A stretch of 64,000 nt of DNA from an uncultured Candidatus Rokubacteria bacterium (GCA_963771355.1 CAVYTA010000007.1:288001-352000); one strand, 5' to 3'. Positions 1-9,273 are shown, counted from the stretch's first letter. A program made the numbers and translations. Notes: a model not told the origin generated them from the sequence alone.

Positions 1-147
1 CTCGGGCAAGGCAGGGCCCGCTACCGCGCGCGCGGCTGACGGCACGGGCGTTCCGGCGGTGATGCGATCCCGGACGAGGTAGCCGGTGAGGGCAGACGCC
101 AGCACCAGGATGAAGCCGATGAGTCCACCGAGGAGGGCGCGGTTCAT
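1..147 (-). CDS. Hypothetical membrane-anchored or exported protein, 5' part only (runs off window)
   Basis: Manual translation from ATG at 147: MNRALLGGLIGFILVLASALTGYLVRDRITAGTPVP... with an N-terminal hydrophobic helix; sigma-70-like promoter upstream. Confidence 0.6.
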   Translation of the reverse strand, partial: MNRALLGGLIGFILVLASALTGYLVRDRITAGTPVPSAARAVAGPALPE

Positions 148-168
148 GTCACTGGCTGCGGGTGGGCG

Positions 169-198
169 ATGATACTCACCGCCCGCGCGGGGTGTCAA
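169..198 (-). promoter_or_regulatory. Sigma-70-like promoter for the leftward gene
   Basis: Minus strand TTGACA (198-193), 18 bp spacer, TATCAT (174-169). Confidence 0.55.
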
Positions 199-289
199 GC
201 AACGCCCCCCATCGTCTCGCTCGACGATTTTTGAAGTCAGCACCCCAAATTGTGGCTGCCGGCGACTTCACGCCTGGCGGAGCAATGTC

Positions 290-302
290 CAACTGAATGA
301 TT
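290..302 (-). promoter_or_regulatory. IHF-like site upstream of the pilA sigma-54 promoter
   Basis: Minus strand AATCATTCAGTTG vs consensus WATCAANNNNTTR (1 mismatch), in an AT-rich patch. Confidence 0.35.
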
Positions 303-339
303 TCCCTGGATTATTTCAGGTCGAATAAGCTTCGATGAC

Positions 340-355
340 GGGCATGGCACTTGCT
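340..355 (+). promoter_or_regulatory. Sigma-54 (-24/-12) promoter of the major pilin
   Basis: GGGCATGGCACTTGCT: GG(341-342)-N10-GC(353-354), close to TGGCACG-N4-TTGCW; a sigma-54 activator is encoded in the same island. Confidence 0.7.
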
Positions 356-435
356 AGCATTGAGGACCGTACAGGTCGGCGACGCAGCTTGCGTACCGAC
401 CGAACTTATAAACCTAATTGAATGTGGGAGGATCG

Positions 436-936
436 ATGATGTTCACCTCAATGATGAAGGCGTTTCGCAGGACGGGGCGCGAGGAGGGATTCACCCTCGT
501 CGAGCTTCTGATCGTGATCCTCATCGTCGGCATTCTCGCGGCGGTGGCAATTCCTCTGTACCTGGGGTACACGAAGGATGCCAAGCTGGCTGAAGGCAAG
601 GCGCTCCTGGGCTCGGTGATGACGGCACTGCAGGGATGCGTGCAGGCCAAGGGCTCCGGGCAGAGCTGCTCGGTCAGCGAGATCGTCAATCGCGTCGGTG
701 TCAGCACGGCCGGCGTGACGGGCGATGGGCGGTGGACGGTGACGACCTCGGGGAGCCTCGCGGTGTCCTCGACCTCGCCGCCGACCTTCAGCGGTACCAT
801 TCAGGCGGTCGGCACGGGTGCCGACACGGCCGCGCTCTCGCTGGGCATGTTCCCGACCACGACCGGTGTCTTCCTCCGTTGCAACTCCTCCAGCAGCACG
901 CCGCCGTCGGGTCCCACCGCCGGCGAGCCCTGCTAG
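436..936 (+). CDS. pilA: Type IV major pilin
   Basis: Class III signal REEG|FTLVELLIVILIVGILAAVAIP with Glu5; GGAGG RBS at 427-431; C-terminal Cys pair; start at ATG 436 or 439. Confidence 0.9.
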   Translation: MMFTSMMKAFRRTGREEGFTLVELLIVILIVGILAAVAIPLYLGYTKDAKLAEGKALLGSVMTALQGCVQAKGSGQSCSVSEIVNRVGVSTAGVTGDGRWTVTTSGSLAVSSTSPPTFSGTIQAVGTGADTAALSLGMFPTTTGVFLRCNSSSSTPPSGPTAGEPC

Positions 937-955
937 CCGAATTTCGTCGCAGCAC

Positions 956-988
956 CCGGGGGTGACGGGGATGACCCGCCACCCCCGG
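956..988 (+). terminator. GC-rich stem-loop after pilA (terminator or mRNA stabiliser)
   Basis: CCGGGGGTGACGGG (956-969) pairs with CCCGCCACCCCCGG (975-988), 1 mismatch; no U-tract. Confidence 0.45.
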
Positions 989-1014
989 CGTCATTCCCCC
1001 TCCTCTCGTCACCC

Positions 1015-2982
1015 ATGACCCCGCCCGGCACCGCCCCGATCGTCCGTGGCTTTCCGCGCTGGATCGACGGCACCCTCGTCATCCTCGCGGCGGTCGCCGC
1101 GTTTCTCCCCGGCATATTCGGCGGCTTCCTCGGCTGGGACGACGATCAGAACTTTCTCGAGAATCCCGGCTATCGGGGCCTGGGTCCCCGCCAGCTCGGG
1201 TGGATGCTCACCACCTTCCACATGGGGCACTGGAAGCCGCTCACCTGGCTCACCCATGGCGTGGACTGGGCGCTGTGGGGGATGCACCCGCTCGGCTACA
1301 AGGCGGGGAGCATCGCGCTGCACGTCGCCGCCACCCTGGCGTTTCTCGCGCTGGCGCGTCGGCTCCTGCGCCTGGCGCAGCCGGGGTACCCGCTCGACGC
1401 GGTGCGAGCGGGAGCTCTCGGCGCCGCGCTGCTCTTTGCCGTGCATCCGTTGCGCGTGGAGCCGGTGGCCTGGCTGAGCGCGCGCGGCGATCTCGTGGCC
1501 GGGCTCGTCGCATTCCTCAGCGTGCTGGCATATCTCCGGGGGACGCGGGCCGGGTACTGGATGTCCGTCGGCCTGTTCGCGGTGGCGCTCACGGGGAAAT
1601 CCATGCCCGTGACCCTGCCGCTCGTGCTCCTCGTCCTCGATGTCTACCCGCTCCGCCGGCTCGGCCCCTTCGCGGAAGGCGGCCCGTCCATCGGCGGCTG
1701 GTGGAATCCGCCGGCCCGGCGGATCTATCTCGAGAAGGCGCCTTTCCTCGTCCTGTCCGCCGCGGCCACCATCATGGCTGTCCTCGCGCGGATCGAGTTC
1801 GGAAGCCTCGCCGAGGTCAACGAGGTGGGGTGGGGCGCGCGCCTGGCTGCCAGCGTGTACGCGCTTGCCTTCCCCCTCTGGAAGATGGTGATCCCCGTAG
1901 GTCTCTCGCCTCTCTACGACCTCCGGGCGGCGCTGGGCCGCGGCCCCTGGCCCTTCGTCATGGCCGGCACGGCCGTCGCCGGGCTCACCGCGCTGGCGGT
2001 GGCGCGCGCCCGCCGCTGGCCGGCCTTCGCGGCGGTGTGGGCGTCCTACGTGATCATGCTGCTGCCGGTGTCGGGCCTCGTCCAGAACGGCCCTCAGATC
2101 GCAGCGGACCGCTATACCTATCTGGCCGGCGGAGGCTGGGCGCTGCTCGCCGGCGGTGGGCTCGCCTGGTGCGCCGCGCACGTGACGGCCCGCTCGCCGC
2201 GCGCCGCGCTCGCGCGGGGCGTGCTGGGTCTCATGGTGGCCGCCACGCTCGTCCTGGTGAGCGCAAGCGCGTGGCAGGCCCTCATCTGGCACAACTCGGT
2301 CACGCTCTGGTCGCGCGTGGTGGAGCTGGAGCCGGACGGCGCCATCGCGCGGACCGGGCTCGGCACCGCGCTGCTGGCCGACGGCCGGCCGCTCGAGGCC
2401 GCGGCCCACTACCGCCGCGCGCTGGAGATCTTCCCGCGGCTGCCCGAGGCGAATCTCGGGCTGGCTCTGATCCTGGCCGGCGAGGGCCGGGGCGCGGAGG
2501 CGCTGCTCCACGGGCGCCAGGCGGTGGCGCGTCAGCCGCAGCGGGCGGGATTCCGGATGGTGTTCGCCGAGATCCTCTGGGGCGCGGACCGGCGCGAGGA
2601 GTCGCTCGCCGAGCTGCGCGAAGGCGCGCGGCTGGCCCCCGCTGTCCCGCTCTTTCCCTACCTGCTCGCGGTCAAGCTCGCCCGGATGGGACGGGGACCG
2701 GAGGCCATCGCCGCGCTCGAGGAGGGCCGCCGGCTCGAGCGCGCCGCGTACCTCTCGGGTCTCGAGGGCGATCGATTCACGGCGCTGGTGTACGAGTCGA
2801 TCGATCCCCCCACCGCCGTGGCCGCCTGGCAGCGCTACGTGATCGCGCTGAGCCGGGTGCCGCGGCCGACGGCGCTGCAGCTCAGCCAGCTTGCGTATGG
2901 TATCGCCGCGCTCGACGCGCTCACGAAGAGCTCGGCGCCGCCCCGGGCGCTCCCCCCGGCGCCCTCAGGGACCTCTCGGTAG
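1015..2982 (+). CDS. TMTC-like GT-C glycosyltransferase (multi-TM) with C-terminal TPRs
   Basis: WDD after TM1, LLFAVHPLRVEPVAWLSAR, ADRYTYL, W..SVTLW, then TPR-like helices; motifs typical of TMTC/DUF1736 O-mannosyltransferase-like proteins. Confidence 0.8.
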   Translation: MTPPGTAPIVRGFPRWIDGTLVILAAVAAFLPGIFGGFLGWDDDQNFLENPGYRGLGPRQLGWMLTTFHMGHWKPLTWLTHGVDWALWGMHPLGYKAGSIALHVAATLAFLALARRLLRLAQPGYPLDAVRAGALGAALLFAVHPLRVEPVAWLSARGDLVAGLVAFLSVLAYLRGTRAGYWMSVGLFAVALTGKSMPVTLPLVLLVLDVYPLRRLGPFAEGGPSIGGWWNPPARRIYLEKAPFLVLSAAATIMAVLARIEFGSLAEVNEVGWGARLAASVYALAFPLWKMVIPVGLSPLYDLRAALGRGPWPFVMAGTAVAGLTALAVARARRWPAFAAVWASYVIMLLPVSGLVQNGPQIAADRYTYLAGGGWALLAGGGLAWCAAHVTARSPRAALARGVLGLMVAATLVLVSASAWQALIWHNSVTLWSRVVELEPDGAIARTGLGTALLADGRPLEAAAHYRRALEIFPRLPEANLGLALILAGEGRGAEALLHGRQAVARQPQRAGFRMVFAEILWGADRREESLAELREGARLAPAVPLFPYLLAVKLARMGRGPEAIAALEEGRRLERAAYLSGLEGDRFTALVYESIDPPTAVAAWQRYVIALSRVPRPTALQLSQLAYGIAALDALTKSSAPPRALPPAPSGTSR

Positions 2983-3089
2983 GGCAACTCGCCACCACCT
3001 CGGGCGCAGCTCCACGTGCTCTCCGATACGCCGCAGCGGCCGTCACGCCGCCGACCCAGCGCAACCGGCGGGCGGGCGGGGAGCCACGC

Positions 3090-5069
3090 TCAGCTCGGCT
3101 CCGCCGCGCAGCCGTCCAGCTCGACCGGCCGTACGCCCAGCGCGGCCGCGGCACGCCGCGCATTGGCACAGGCGTCGGTCGCGCGCGGCACCAGGCGCAG
3201 CGCGTGGACGAAGGCGTCCATGGCCTCCGCGTAGCGGCCGCGCGCTGCGTAGGTGACGCCGAGGTTGTTCCAGGCGGCCGCGAGCTGCGGATCGAGCCGG
3301 ACGGCGAGCCGGTACAGCTCCTCCGCCTCGGCATCGCCCCGATACTGCTGGAGCAGCACGGCGAGCAGGAAGGCCAGACGGGCCCGCGCGTCCGGGATCT
3401 CCTCTGGCACCGCCAGGATCGCCGCGCGCAGCTCCCAGACGTGATAGCGGGACCAGACCGACGCGCGCTCGACCGCGGCGGCGAGCGCGGCCGCGGCCTC
3501 GCTGCGCGCGCCGTGGGCCTGTAGCAGCGTGCCCAGACGGATCCAGGCCACGGGGTGGTCGGGGTCCAAGGTGAGCGCCTCGCGAAGGCGGCGCTCCGCC
3601 TCCACGGGCCGCCCGGCCTGCTGCTCCACGAGGCCGACGTGCAGGACGAACTGGGCGCGCAGCGCCGGCAGGGTGACGGGCACCCGCGCGAGCGAGGCCT
3701 CGAAGTGCGCGCGGGCCTCGTCGAAGCGGCGGGCCTCGGCCAGCGCCCAGCCGAGGTAGAAGAGCGGGACGTCGCTGTCCGGGTCCGCCCAGGCGGCATG
3801 GCGCCAGAGCGCCACGGAGTCGTGCCAGACCGCGAGCTGTCGCTGCGTGAGGAGGCCGAGCCCGACGAGCAGCAGGAGCGTGGCGACCAGCGCGAGGCGG
3901 CCGAGGCGTGTGGTCAGTCGCCCGGCGCGCCAGGCGCGCCACCCCCAGGGCAGCCCCGCGCCCGCCACGATCGCCCAGCCGATCAAGGGCAGGTAGGAGT
4001 AGCGATCGGCCGCGATCTGCGGGCCGTTCGGCAAGATGCCCGCCGCGGGAATGAGCAAGGCGACATAGGCCACCCAGGCCGTGAGGCCCGCCGGCCAACG
4101 GCGGCGCAGGGCCATCAGGGCCACGGTGAGCGCGAGCGTGACCGCGCCCGGCACGAGGTAGCGGGCGGTGAGGGGCTCGACGGGATGGTAGAGGGTGTAG
4201 AGCGGTGACAGGGGCCACGGCCACAGCGTCTTGCCCAGATAGAACGCGAGGCCGTAGCCGGTGAGCGCCAGCCGCGGGGGAAGGCTGGCCGCCTCCACGG
4301 GCGCGAGGATGCCCCGGCCGAAGGCGATCGCCAGCATGATCCCCGCCGCGGCGACGGCCACCACCACGAAGGGGAGCTTCTCGACGAGTACGGGGACGAG
4401 GGTCCGCCGGGAGAGCCGTCGCAGCGGATAGATGTCGAGGGCCAGCAGGACAATCGGCAAACCCACCACGATGGACTTGGCGAACGCGGCCAGGAGGAAG
4501 GCCCCCGCCGAGGCAGCCAGCCAGCCCGCGTGCGCCCGGCCCGATGGCCCTGCGCGCCGCGCCGCGGTCAGGTAGGCGAGGACGGAGACCAGAGCGAAGC
4601 ATCCGCTCACCACATCGCGGCGCTCGGTGACCCACGCCACCGATTCCACGCGCAGCGGGTGCAGCGCGAAGAGGAGCGCGGCGGAGGCGGCGCCGAGGTG
4701 AAGGGGGAATCGATCGTCGTCACGGATGGGGGCGAAGCCGAGCGCGAGGAGCTGGAGGGCCACGGCATAGACCAGCACCGCGTTGGTGGCGTGGAACATG
4801 AGGGAGGTCAGATGGTAGCCCGCCGGATTCATGCCCCAGAGGGCATGGTCCAGGCCCAGGGTCAGCCACGTCACCGGGATGTAGTGCCCCATGTGGACGG
4901 CGGTGAGCATCCACCGGAGCTCGGCCGCGCCGAGGCCGCGATAGTGCGGGTTGCCCAGGAAGTTCTCGGCGTCGTCCCAGTTGAGGAAGTCCGCGTCGAG
5001 GGCGGGCAGGAAGGCAGCGAGAGCCCCCGCGAAGACCAGGACGGGAAGGCTTCTCACGAGCGCGCGCAC
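3090..5069 (-). CDS. Second TMTC-like GT-C glycosyltransferase with TPRs (paralogue)
   Basis: WDDAENFLGNPHYRG, LLFALHPLRVESVAWVTERRD, ADRYSYL, and clear TPRs (AWNNLGVTYAARGRYAEA). Confidence 0.82.
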   Translation of the reverse strand: MRALVRSLPVLVFAGALAAFLPALDADFLNWDDAENFLGNPHYRGLGAAELRWMLTAVHMGHYIPVTWLTLGLDHALWGMNPAGYHLTSLMFHATNAVLVYAVALQLLALGFAPIRDDDRFPLHLGAASAALLFALHPLRVESVAWVTERRDVVSGCFALVSVLAYLTAARRAGPSGRAHAGWLAASAGAFLLAAFAKSIVVGLPIVLLALDIYPLRRLSRRTLVPVLVEKLPFVVVAVAAAGIMLAIAFGRGILAPVEAASLPPRLALTGYGLAFYLGKTLWPWPLSPLYTLYHPVEPLTARYLVPGAVTLALTVALMALRRRWPAGLTAWVAYVALLIPAAGILPNGPQIAADRYSYLPLIGWAIVAGAGLPWGWRAWRAGRLTTRLGRLALVATLLLLVGLGLLTQRQLAVWHDSVALWRHAAWADPDSDVPLFYLGWALAEARRFDEARAHFEASLARVPVTLPALRAQFVLHVGLVEQQAGRPVEAERRLREALTLDPDHPVAWIRLGTLLQAHGARSEAAAALAAAVERASVWSRYHVWELRAAILAVPEEIPDARARLAFLLAVLLQQYRGDAEAEELYRLAVRLDPQLAAAWNNLGVTYAARGRYAEAMDAFVHALRLVPRATDACANARRAAAALGVRPVELDGCAAEPS

Positions 5070-5090
5070 GACGATCCTATTTTAACGTTG

Positions 5091-5119
5091 TTGACCCTTC
5101 CCGCGCCGGGCGTTAAGAT
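5091..5119 (+). promoter_or_regulatory. Sigma-70-like promoter in a divergent intergenic region
   Basis: TTGACC (5091-5096), 17 bp, TAAGAT (5114-5119); a minus-strand TAAAAT at 5084-5079 faces the second GT gene. Confidence 0.55.
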
Positions 5120-5128
5120 TCCGCCAGG

Positions 5129-5512
5129 TTGGCCACGAGTGCGGGCAAAATTCTGGTGGTGGACGACGAGCCCGAGGTGCGGCTCGTGCTCACCGAATTC
5201 CTCGAGAGCCGGGGCTATGAAGTCGCGGTGGCCGCGAGCGGCGCCGAGGCCCTCGCCATGGTGGACGCCGCCAAGCCGCACGTGGTCCTGCTGGACGTGA
5301 CCATGCCCGAGATGGACGGCATGGAGACCCTCAAGCGCCTGGCCGCCGACAACCCCGGGCTGCCCATCATCATGGTGACGGCCAATGCGGACGTGGACGT
5401 CACCTCGCGACTCCTCGCGCTGGGCGCCGCCGACTATATCCCGAAGCCGTTCGACCTCGACTATCTCGGCCAGGCGGTCAGCATCCAGGTCTCGGCCGCG
5501 CTCGACCTCTGA
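5129..5512 (+). CDS. Single-domain response regulator (receiver)
   Basis: ILVVDDE, LLDVTMPEMDG, IIMVTA, DYIPKPF. Confidence 0.9.
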   Translation: MATSAGKILVVDDEPEVRLVLTEFLESRGYEVAVAASGAEALAMVDAAKPHVVLLDVTMPEMDGMETLKRLAADNPGLPIIMVTANADVDVTSRLLALGAADYIPKPFDLDYLGQAVSIQVSAALDL

Positions 5513-5997
5513 TCCTCGCCCTGCTGGTCGGGGCCCTCCTGATACTGGGGGGCTGCGCCTCGATCAACGAAGTTCCGGTCCAGCGCGCCACCATCGGGCC
5601 CCGGGCGGACTCGATCTACAATGCCCGGTTCGTCCGCGGCTACGCGCGCCTGCCCACCTTCGACGAGACGTCCAAGTTTCGCGACGACCTCGCCAGGCGG
5701 GTGAGCGACTACTTGACCAAGCATCCGGACATCGCCACCTCGCCCCGCGCCAGCCAGTTCCGCTTCGAGCGGCGCGTCGACCTCGGCATGAACAAGGAGG
5801 AGGTCACCCTGCTGCTCGGGGCGCCGGACGCGGTGACCGCCGATGCCGAGCGGATGAAGGCCTCGGCGGCGATCTTCTGGCCGGAGGTCTCGAAGCAGGC
5901 GAAGGAGATGTGGACGTATCCGTCCGGCTGGTCGCTCTATTTCGACGCGGACCGTCTGGTGGACATCACCGTGACGGGGAAGCCGCCGATCGAGTAG
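5509..5997 (+). CDS. Putative lipoprotein with an SmpA/OmlA(BamE)-like motif; start uncertain (CTG 5509?)
   Basis: The frame upstream of GTG 5701 is open and reads ILALLVGALLILGG|C (lipobox); later LGMNKEEVTLLLGAPD. Confidence 0.55.
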   Translation: MILALLVGALLILGGCASINEVPVQRATIGPRADSIYNARFVRGYARLPTFDETSKFRDDLARRVSDYLTKHPDIATSPRASQFRFERRVDLGMNKEEVTLLLGAPDAVTADAERMKASAAIFWPEVSKQAKEMWTYPSGWSLYFDADRLVDITVTGKPPIE

Positions 5998-7900
5998 GGT
6001 CCGCCTCCTCGAGAACGGTGTAGATCTTCACCGGCACTTCCTTGCCCTTCACCGTGACCTCGCCGAGGTAGCGCGTCCGGAAGAGGTCCTTCACCTCCAT
6101 CCACGTCGCCTCGCTGATCACGATGGGCACGTCGAAGTCCTTGGTGATGCTCTCCAGCCGCGAGCCGAGGTTGACGGTATCGCCGATGGCGGTGTACTCC
6201 AGCCGCTGCTCGGAGCCGAGCGTGCCCACCACCGCGTCCCCGGTGTGGATGCCGACCCCGCACCGGAGGGGGGCGCCGAGCCGGGGGCCGAAGCGCGCCG
6301 CCAGCCCCTCCAGCCGGCGCTGGAACTCCAGCGCGGTGCGCACGGCCTGGGCGGCGTGATCCGGCGCCTCGAAGGGCACGTTGTAGAGCGCCATGATGGC
6401 GTCGCCGATGTACTTGTCCACGGTGCCGCCGTGCGTGAACACCGCGTCCGTCATCACGGTGAGGTACTCGCGCAGGAACTCCACCACGTCCTCGGGTGCG
6501 AGCCGCTCCGACAGGGTGGTGAAGCCGCGGATGTCGGAGAAGAGCACGGTCAGACGCCGCCGGCCGGACTGCAGCGACTCGCCGGCGTCCTGGCTGCGCA
6601 CGATCTCGCGCACCACCGAGGGCGAGAAGAAGCGCGAGAGCCGGCGCTTCTCGCGCTGCTCGCTGACGAAGTTCCGCACGGCGGCGCCGGTGTACGCCAG
6701 CGGCAAGGGCCAGGGGCACCGTCACCACCCCCATCCACAGATGCCCCAGGCGGAAGACGCGATGGGTCGAGGCCGAGATAGACGACACAGAGCGCCCGCG
6801 ACGGCGGCGAAGGCCGGGGACGGGCCGCATCGTGCGCGCCACCAGCACCGCCACCGCTCCCGCCGCCACCGTGAGCGCGTCGACGATGCGCGGGACGGAT
6901 CGGGCGGATGGGCGCGCCGGTCAGCAGGGTCTCGAGCACGTTGGCGTGGATCTCCACGCCCGGCATGTTCGTCCGCGGCGCGAAGGGCGTGGCGAAGAGA
7001 TCGTGCAGCGTCGGGGTCGTCGCGCCGACGAGGACGATCTTGCCGGTGAAGGTATCGGGCGCGACCTCGCCGGCCAGGACGCGGTGGTAGGAGATGGTGA
7101 GGAACGTTCGCGGCGCGCCCGCGATAGTTGATGAGGAACTCGTCCGCCGGCAGCGGACGGGGCGGAACGAGGCCGCTCCGCGCGGCCTGCTCGAGGAGCA
7201 GCAGGCTGAAGCTCGGCAGCTCGATCTCCGGCACCTCGGTCTCCGGCACCTCGAAGTCGGGCCGCACGCGCAGGAGCAGCGACACGCGACGCACGAAGGC
7301 GTCGGCGTCGAAGTCGAAGTTGACGAAGCCGAAGCCGCAGGGCAGGCGGTGGGCGCCGGCCGAGGCGCCGGGCCGCGGGGGCGCGGGCCGTGCGCAGTCC
7401 GCGGTGGCGTCGCGGAAGAGCTTGATGGGCGGGATTGAAGTCGAGCCTGGTGAACCCGGGCTCGACGACCTGGCCTGTAGGCGGCGGCGAGGACGACGCT
7501 CTGCGCTCGCGCGATGGCGGCGGCGAGCGCGGCGTCGTCCGCCGGATCCCCGGGCCGAGGGCTCCGCGAAGAGGAGTCGAGACCGATGGCGACGGGCCGC
7601 GCGCGGCTGACGATCTCGATGAACTTGCGCGTGCTCGGTCCGGGGCCAGGGCCAGGCAATGTCGCGCGCGCCGTACGATCGAAGGAGTCGTCGTCGATCG
7701 CCGACGATCACGATGGGGGACGCCGGGGAGCGAGGCCCGCGCAGATCGAACTGGCTATCCAGCGCCTTGAGCTCGGCGACGTTGAAGTAGCTGAAATAGC
7801 CGAAATAGCCCAGGGGGTCCACCCACGAGGCCAGCACGACCACCAGGCCCAGGAGGCCACCCGCGAGGAGGTGCCGCGCGGCCGGGCCGAGGAATCTCAC
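5966..7900 (-). pseudogene. CHASE2-domain class III adenylate/guanylate cyclase, broken by several frameshifts (probably sequencing errors)
   Basis: Pieces in different frames: IVIV-AIDDDS, WPWPR, D.D.FVRR, GKIVLVGAT, MPGVEIHAN (CHASE2); intact catalytic domain LTVLFSDIRGFT, DKYIGDAIMA, YTAIGDTVNLGSRLE. Confidence 0.8.
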
Positions 7901-7985
7901 CGGGCTCAGACTAGCACGCGGCCGGAGGCCTCCCAAGGAAGCACGGATCTTGGAGGCAGCGCGGGGACCGCGCTACAGTGGGCGC

Positions 7986-8378
7986 ATGCGATTCGCGACC
8001 CTGCTCCGCGTGGTGATCTTCCTCGCGGTCTTCGGGTGGGCCGGCTACACGGCGGCGATGATCGCCATGGACTACTTCAGCACGTCGGGCATGGTGGGCC
8101 AGATCGTGGTCGACGCCGTCACCAAGCGCAAGGTCGGCGTGGCCGCGGGCGGCTCGACCGCCGCCACGCCGGAGATCGCGAACGACGTGCGCGGGATGAT
8201 CGTGCGCGAGTCGCGGCGGCTCGGGCTGCCGGTGGAGGAGGCGACGATCAAGGTCACGCCGGCGTCCTATGCCGTCCAGGTCGCCATGCAGTGGAAGCAT
8301 CCGGTCGTCCTCTACGGAGACACCCGGCTCTTCGACGTCACGCTCTGGATGGACCGGAGCTTCGATACGGGTTTCTAG
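7986..8378 (+). CDS. Hypothetical protein with a single N-terminal TM helix (DUF4845-like size and layout)
   Basis: MRFATLLRVVIFLAVFGWAGY...; good codon bias; TACAGT 6 nt before ATG. Confidence 0.6.
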   Translation: MRFATLLRVVIFLAVFGWAGYTAAMIAMDYFSTSGMVGQIVVDAVTKRKVGVAAGGSTAATPEIANDVRGMIVRESRRLGLPVEEATIKVTPASYAVQVAMQWKHPVVLYGDTRLFDVTLWMDRSFDTGF

Positions 8379-8521
8379 TTCCCCCGGTCGACCGCGGAAT
8401 TTCTGCGCGGAAGGGATCTCGACGGTCCTCGTGGACGTAAGGCCTTGAATTGGTTCGTGAAACCAGCCTGTCTTCTCTTGCTCAGCGCTCGAGGTGTGTG
8501 ACAGCTCGAGCGATTCATAGG

Positions 8522-8537
8522 TGGCACACGACTTGCT
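8522..8537 (+). promoter_or_regulatory. Sigma-54 promoter of the PEP-CTERM gene
   Basis: TGGCACACGACTTGCT, near-perfect TGGCAC-N5-TTGCW; IHF-like ATTCAAGGCCTTA on the minus strand at 8450-8438. Confidence 0.85.
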
Positions 8538-8577
8538 CTTCTCTTGGTAAGACGTCCATTTTCAGAGGAGCGCACAC

Positions 8578-9273
8578 ATGAGGATTACCAAGGTAATAGT
8601 CGGCGGGGCCCTCGGTCTCGCCTTGCTGGCGGGGGCTCTTTCGAGCCCGGCGGCCGCGGTCCCCCTCGTCTTGACGTTCGAGGGATTGCAGAACACCGAA
8701 GACGTGAACGCATTCTACAACGGCGGGACGGGAAGCCTCGGGAGCGGTCCCGGAACCAATTTCGGGATCCAGTTCAGCAACGCCGTCGCGTTCATCGATA
8801 GCGATGCGGGGGGGACGGGCAATTTCGGCGGCGAGCCCTCGCCCTCGACGGCAATCACGTTCCTCGGCGCCAGCGCGACCACCATGAACGTCGCGGCGGG
8901 ATTCGACACCGGGTTTTCGTTCTTCTACTCGGCGATCGCCGCCCCCGGGGTGGTGCGAGTCTGGAGCGATCTGGATGGGACCGGCACTCTGCTGGTCGAG
9001 CTGGATCTGGCGCTCACGCCGTTCCAAGGCGCGCCGGATCCGACCGGCGCCTTCAGCCCGTTCCTCCCCTTTGGCGTGACCTTCGATGGGATCGCCCGCT
9101 CCGTGGACTTTTCCGGGTCGTCCAACCAGATCGGGTTCGACAACATCACGCTCGGCTCCGAGCGCCCCATCGGCGCGGCCCAAGCGGTCCCCGAACCTGG
9201 TAGCCTCCTCCTCCTGGCTGCGGGCCTCGCCGGGGTCGGACTCCTCGCCAGGCTGAGGGCGTTCTGTAAATAA
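8578..9273 (+). CDS. PEP-CTERM sorting-domain surface protein
   Basis: Sec signal (...SPAAA); Gly/Ser/Thr-rich body; C-terminus VPEPGSLLLLAAGLAGVGLLARLR; GAGGAG RBS. Confidence 0.92.
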   Translation: MRITKVIVGGALGLALLAGALSSPAAAVPLVLTFEGLQNTEDVNAFYNGGTGSLGSGPGTNFGIQFSNAVAFIDSDAGGTGNFGGEPSPSTAITFLGASATTMNVAAGFDTGFSFFYSAIAAPGVVRVWSDLDGTGTLLVELDLALTPFQGAPDPTGAFSPFLPFGVTFDGIARSVDFSGSSNQIGFDNITLGSERPIGAAQAVPEPGSLLLLAAGLAGVGLLARLRAFCK

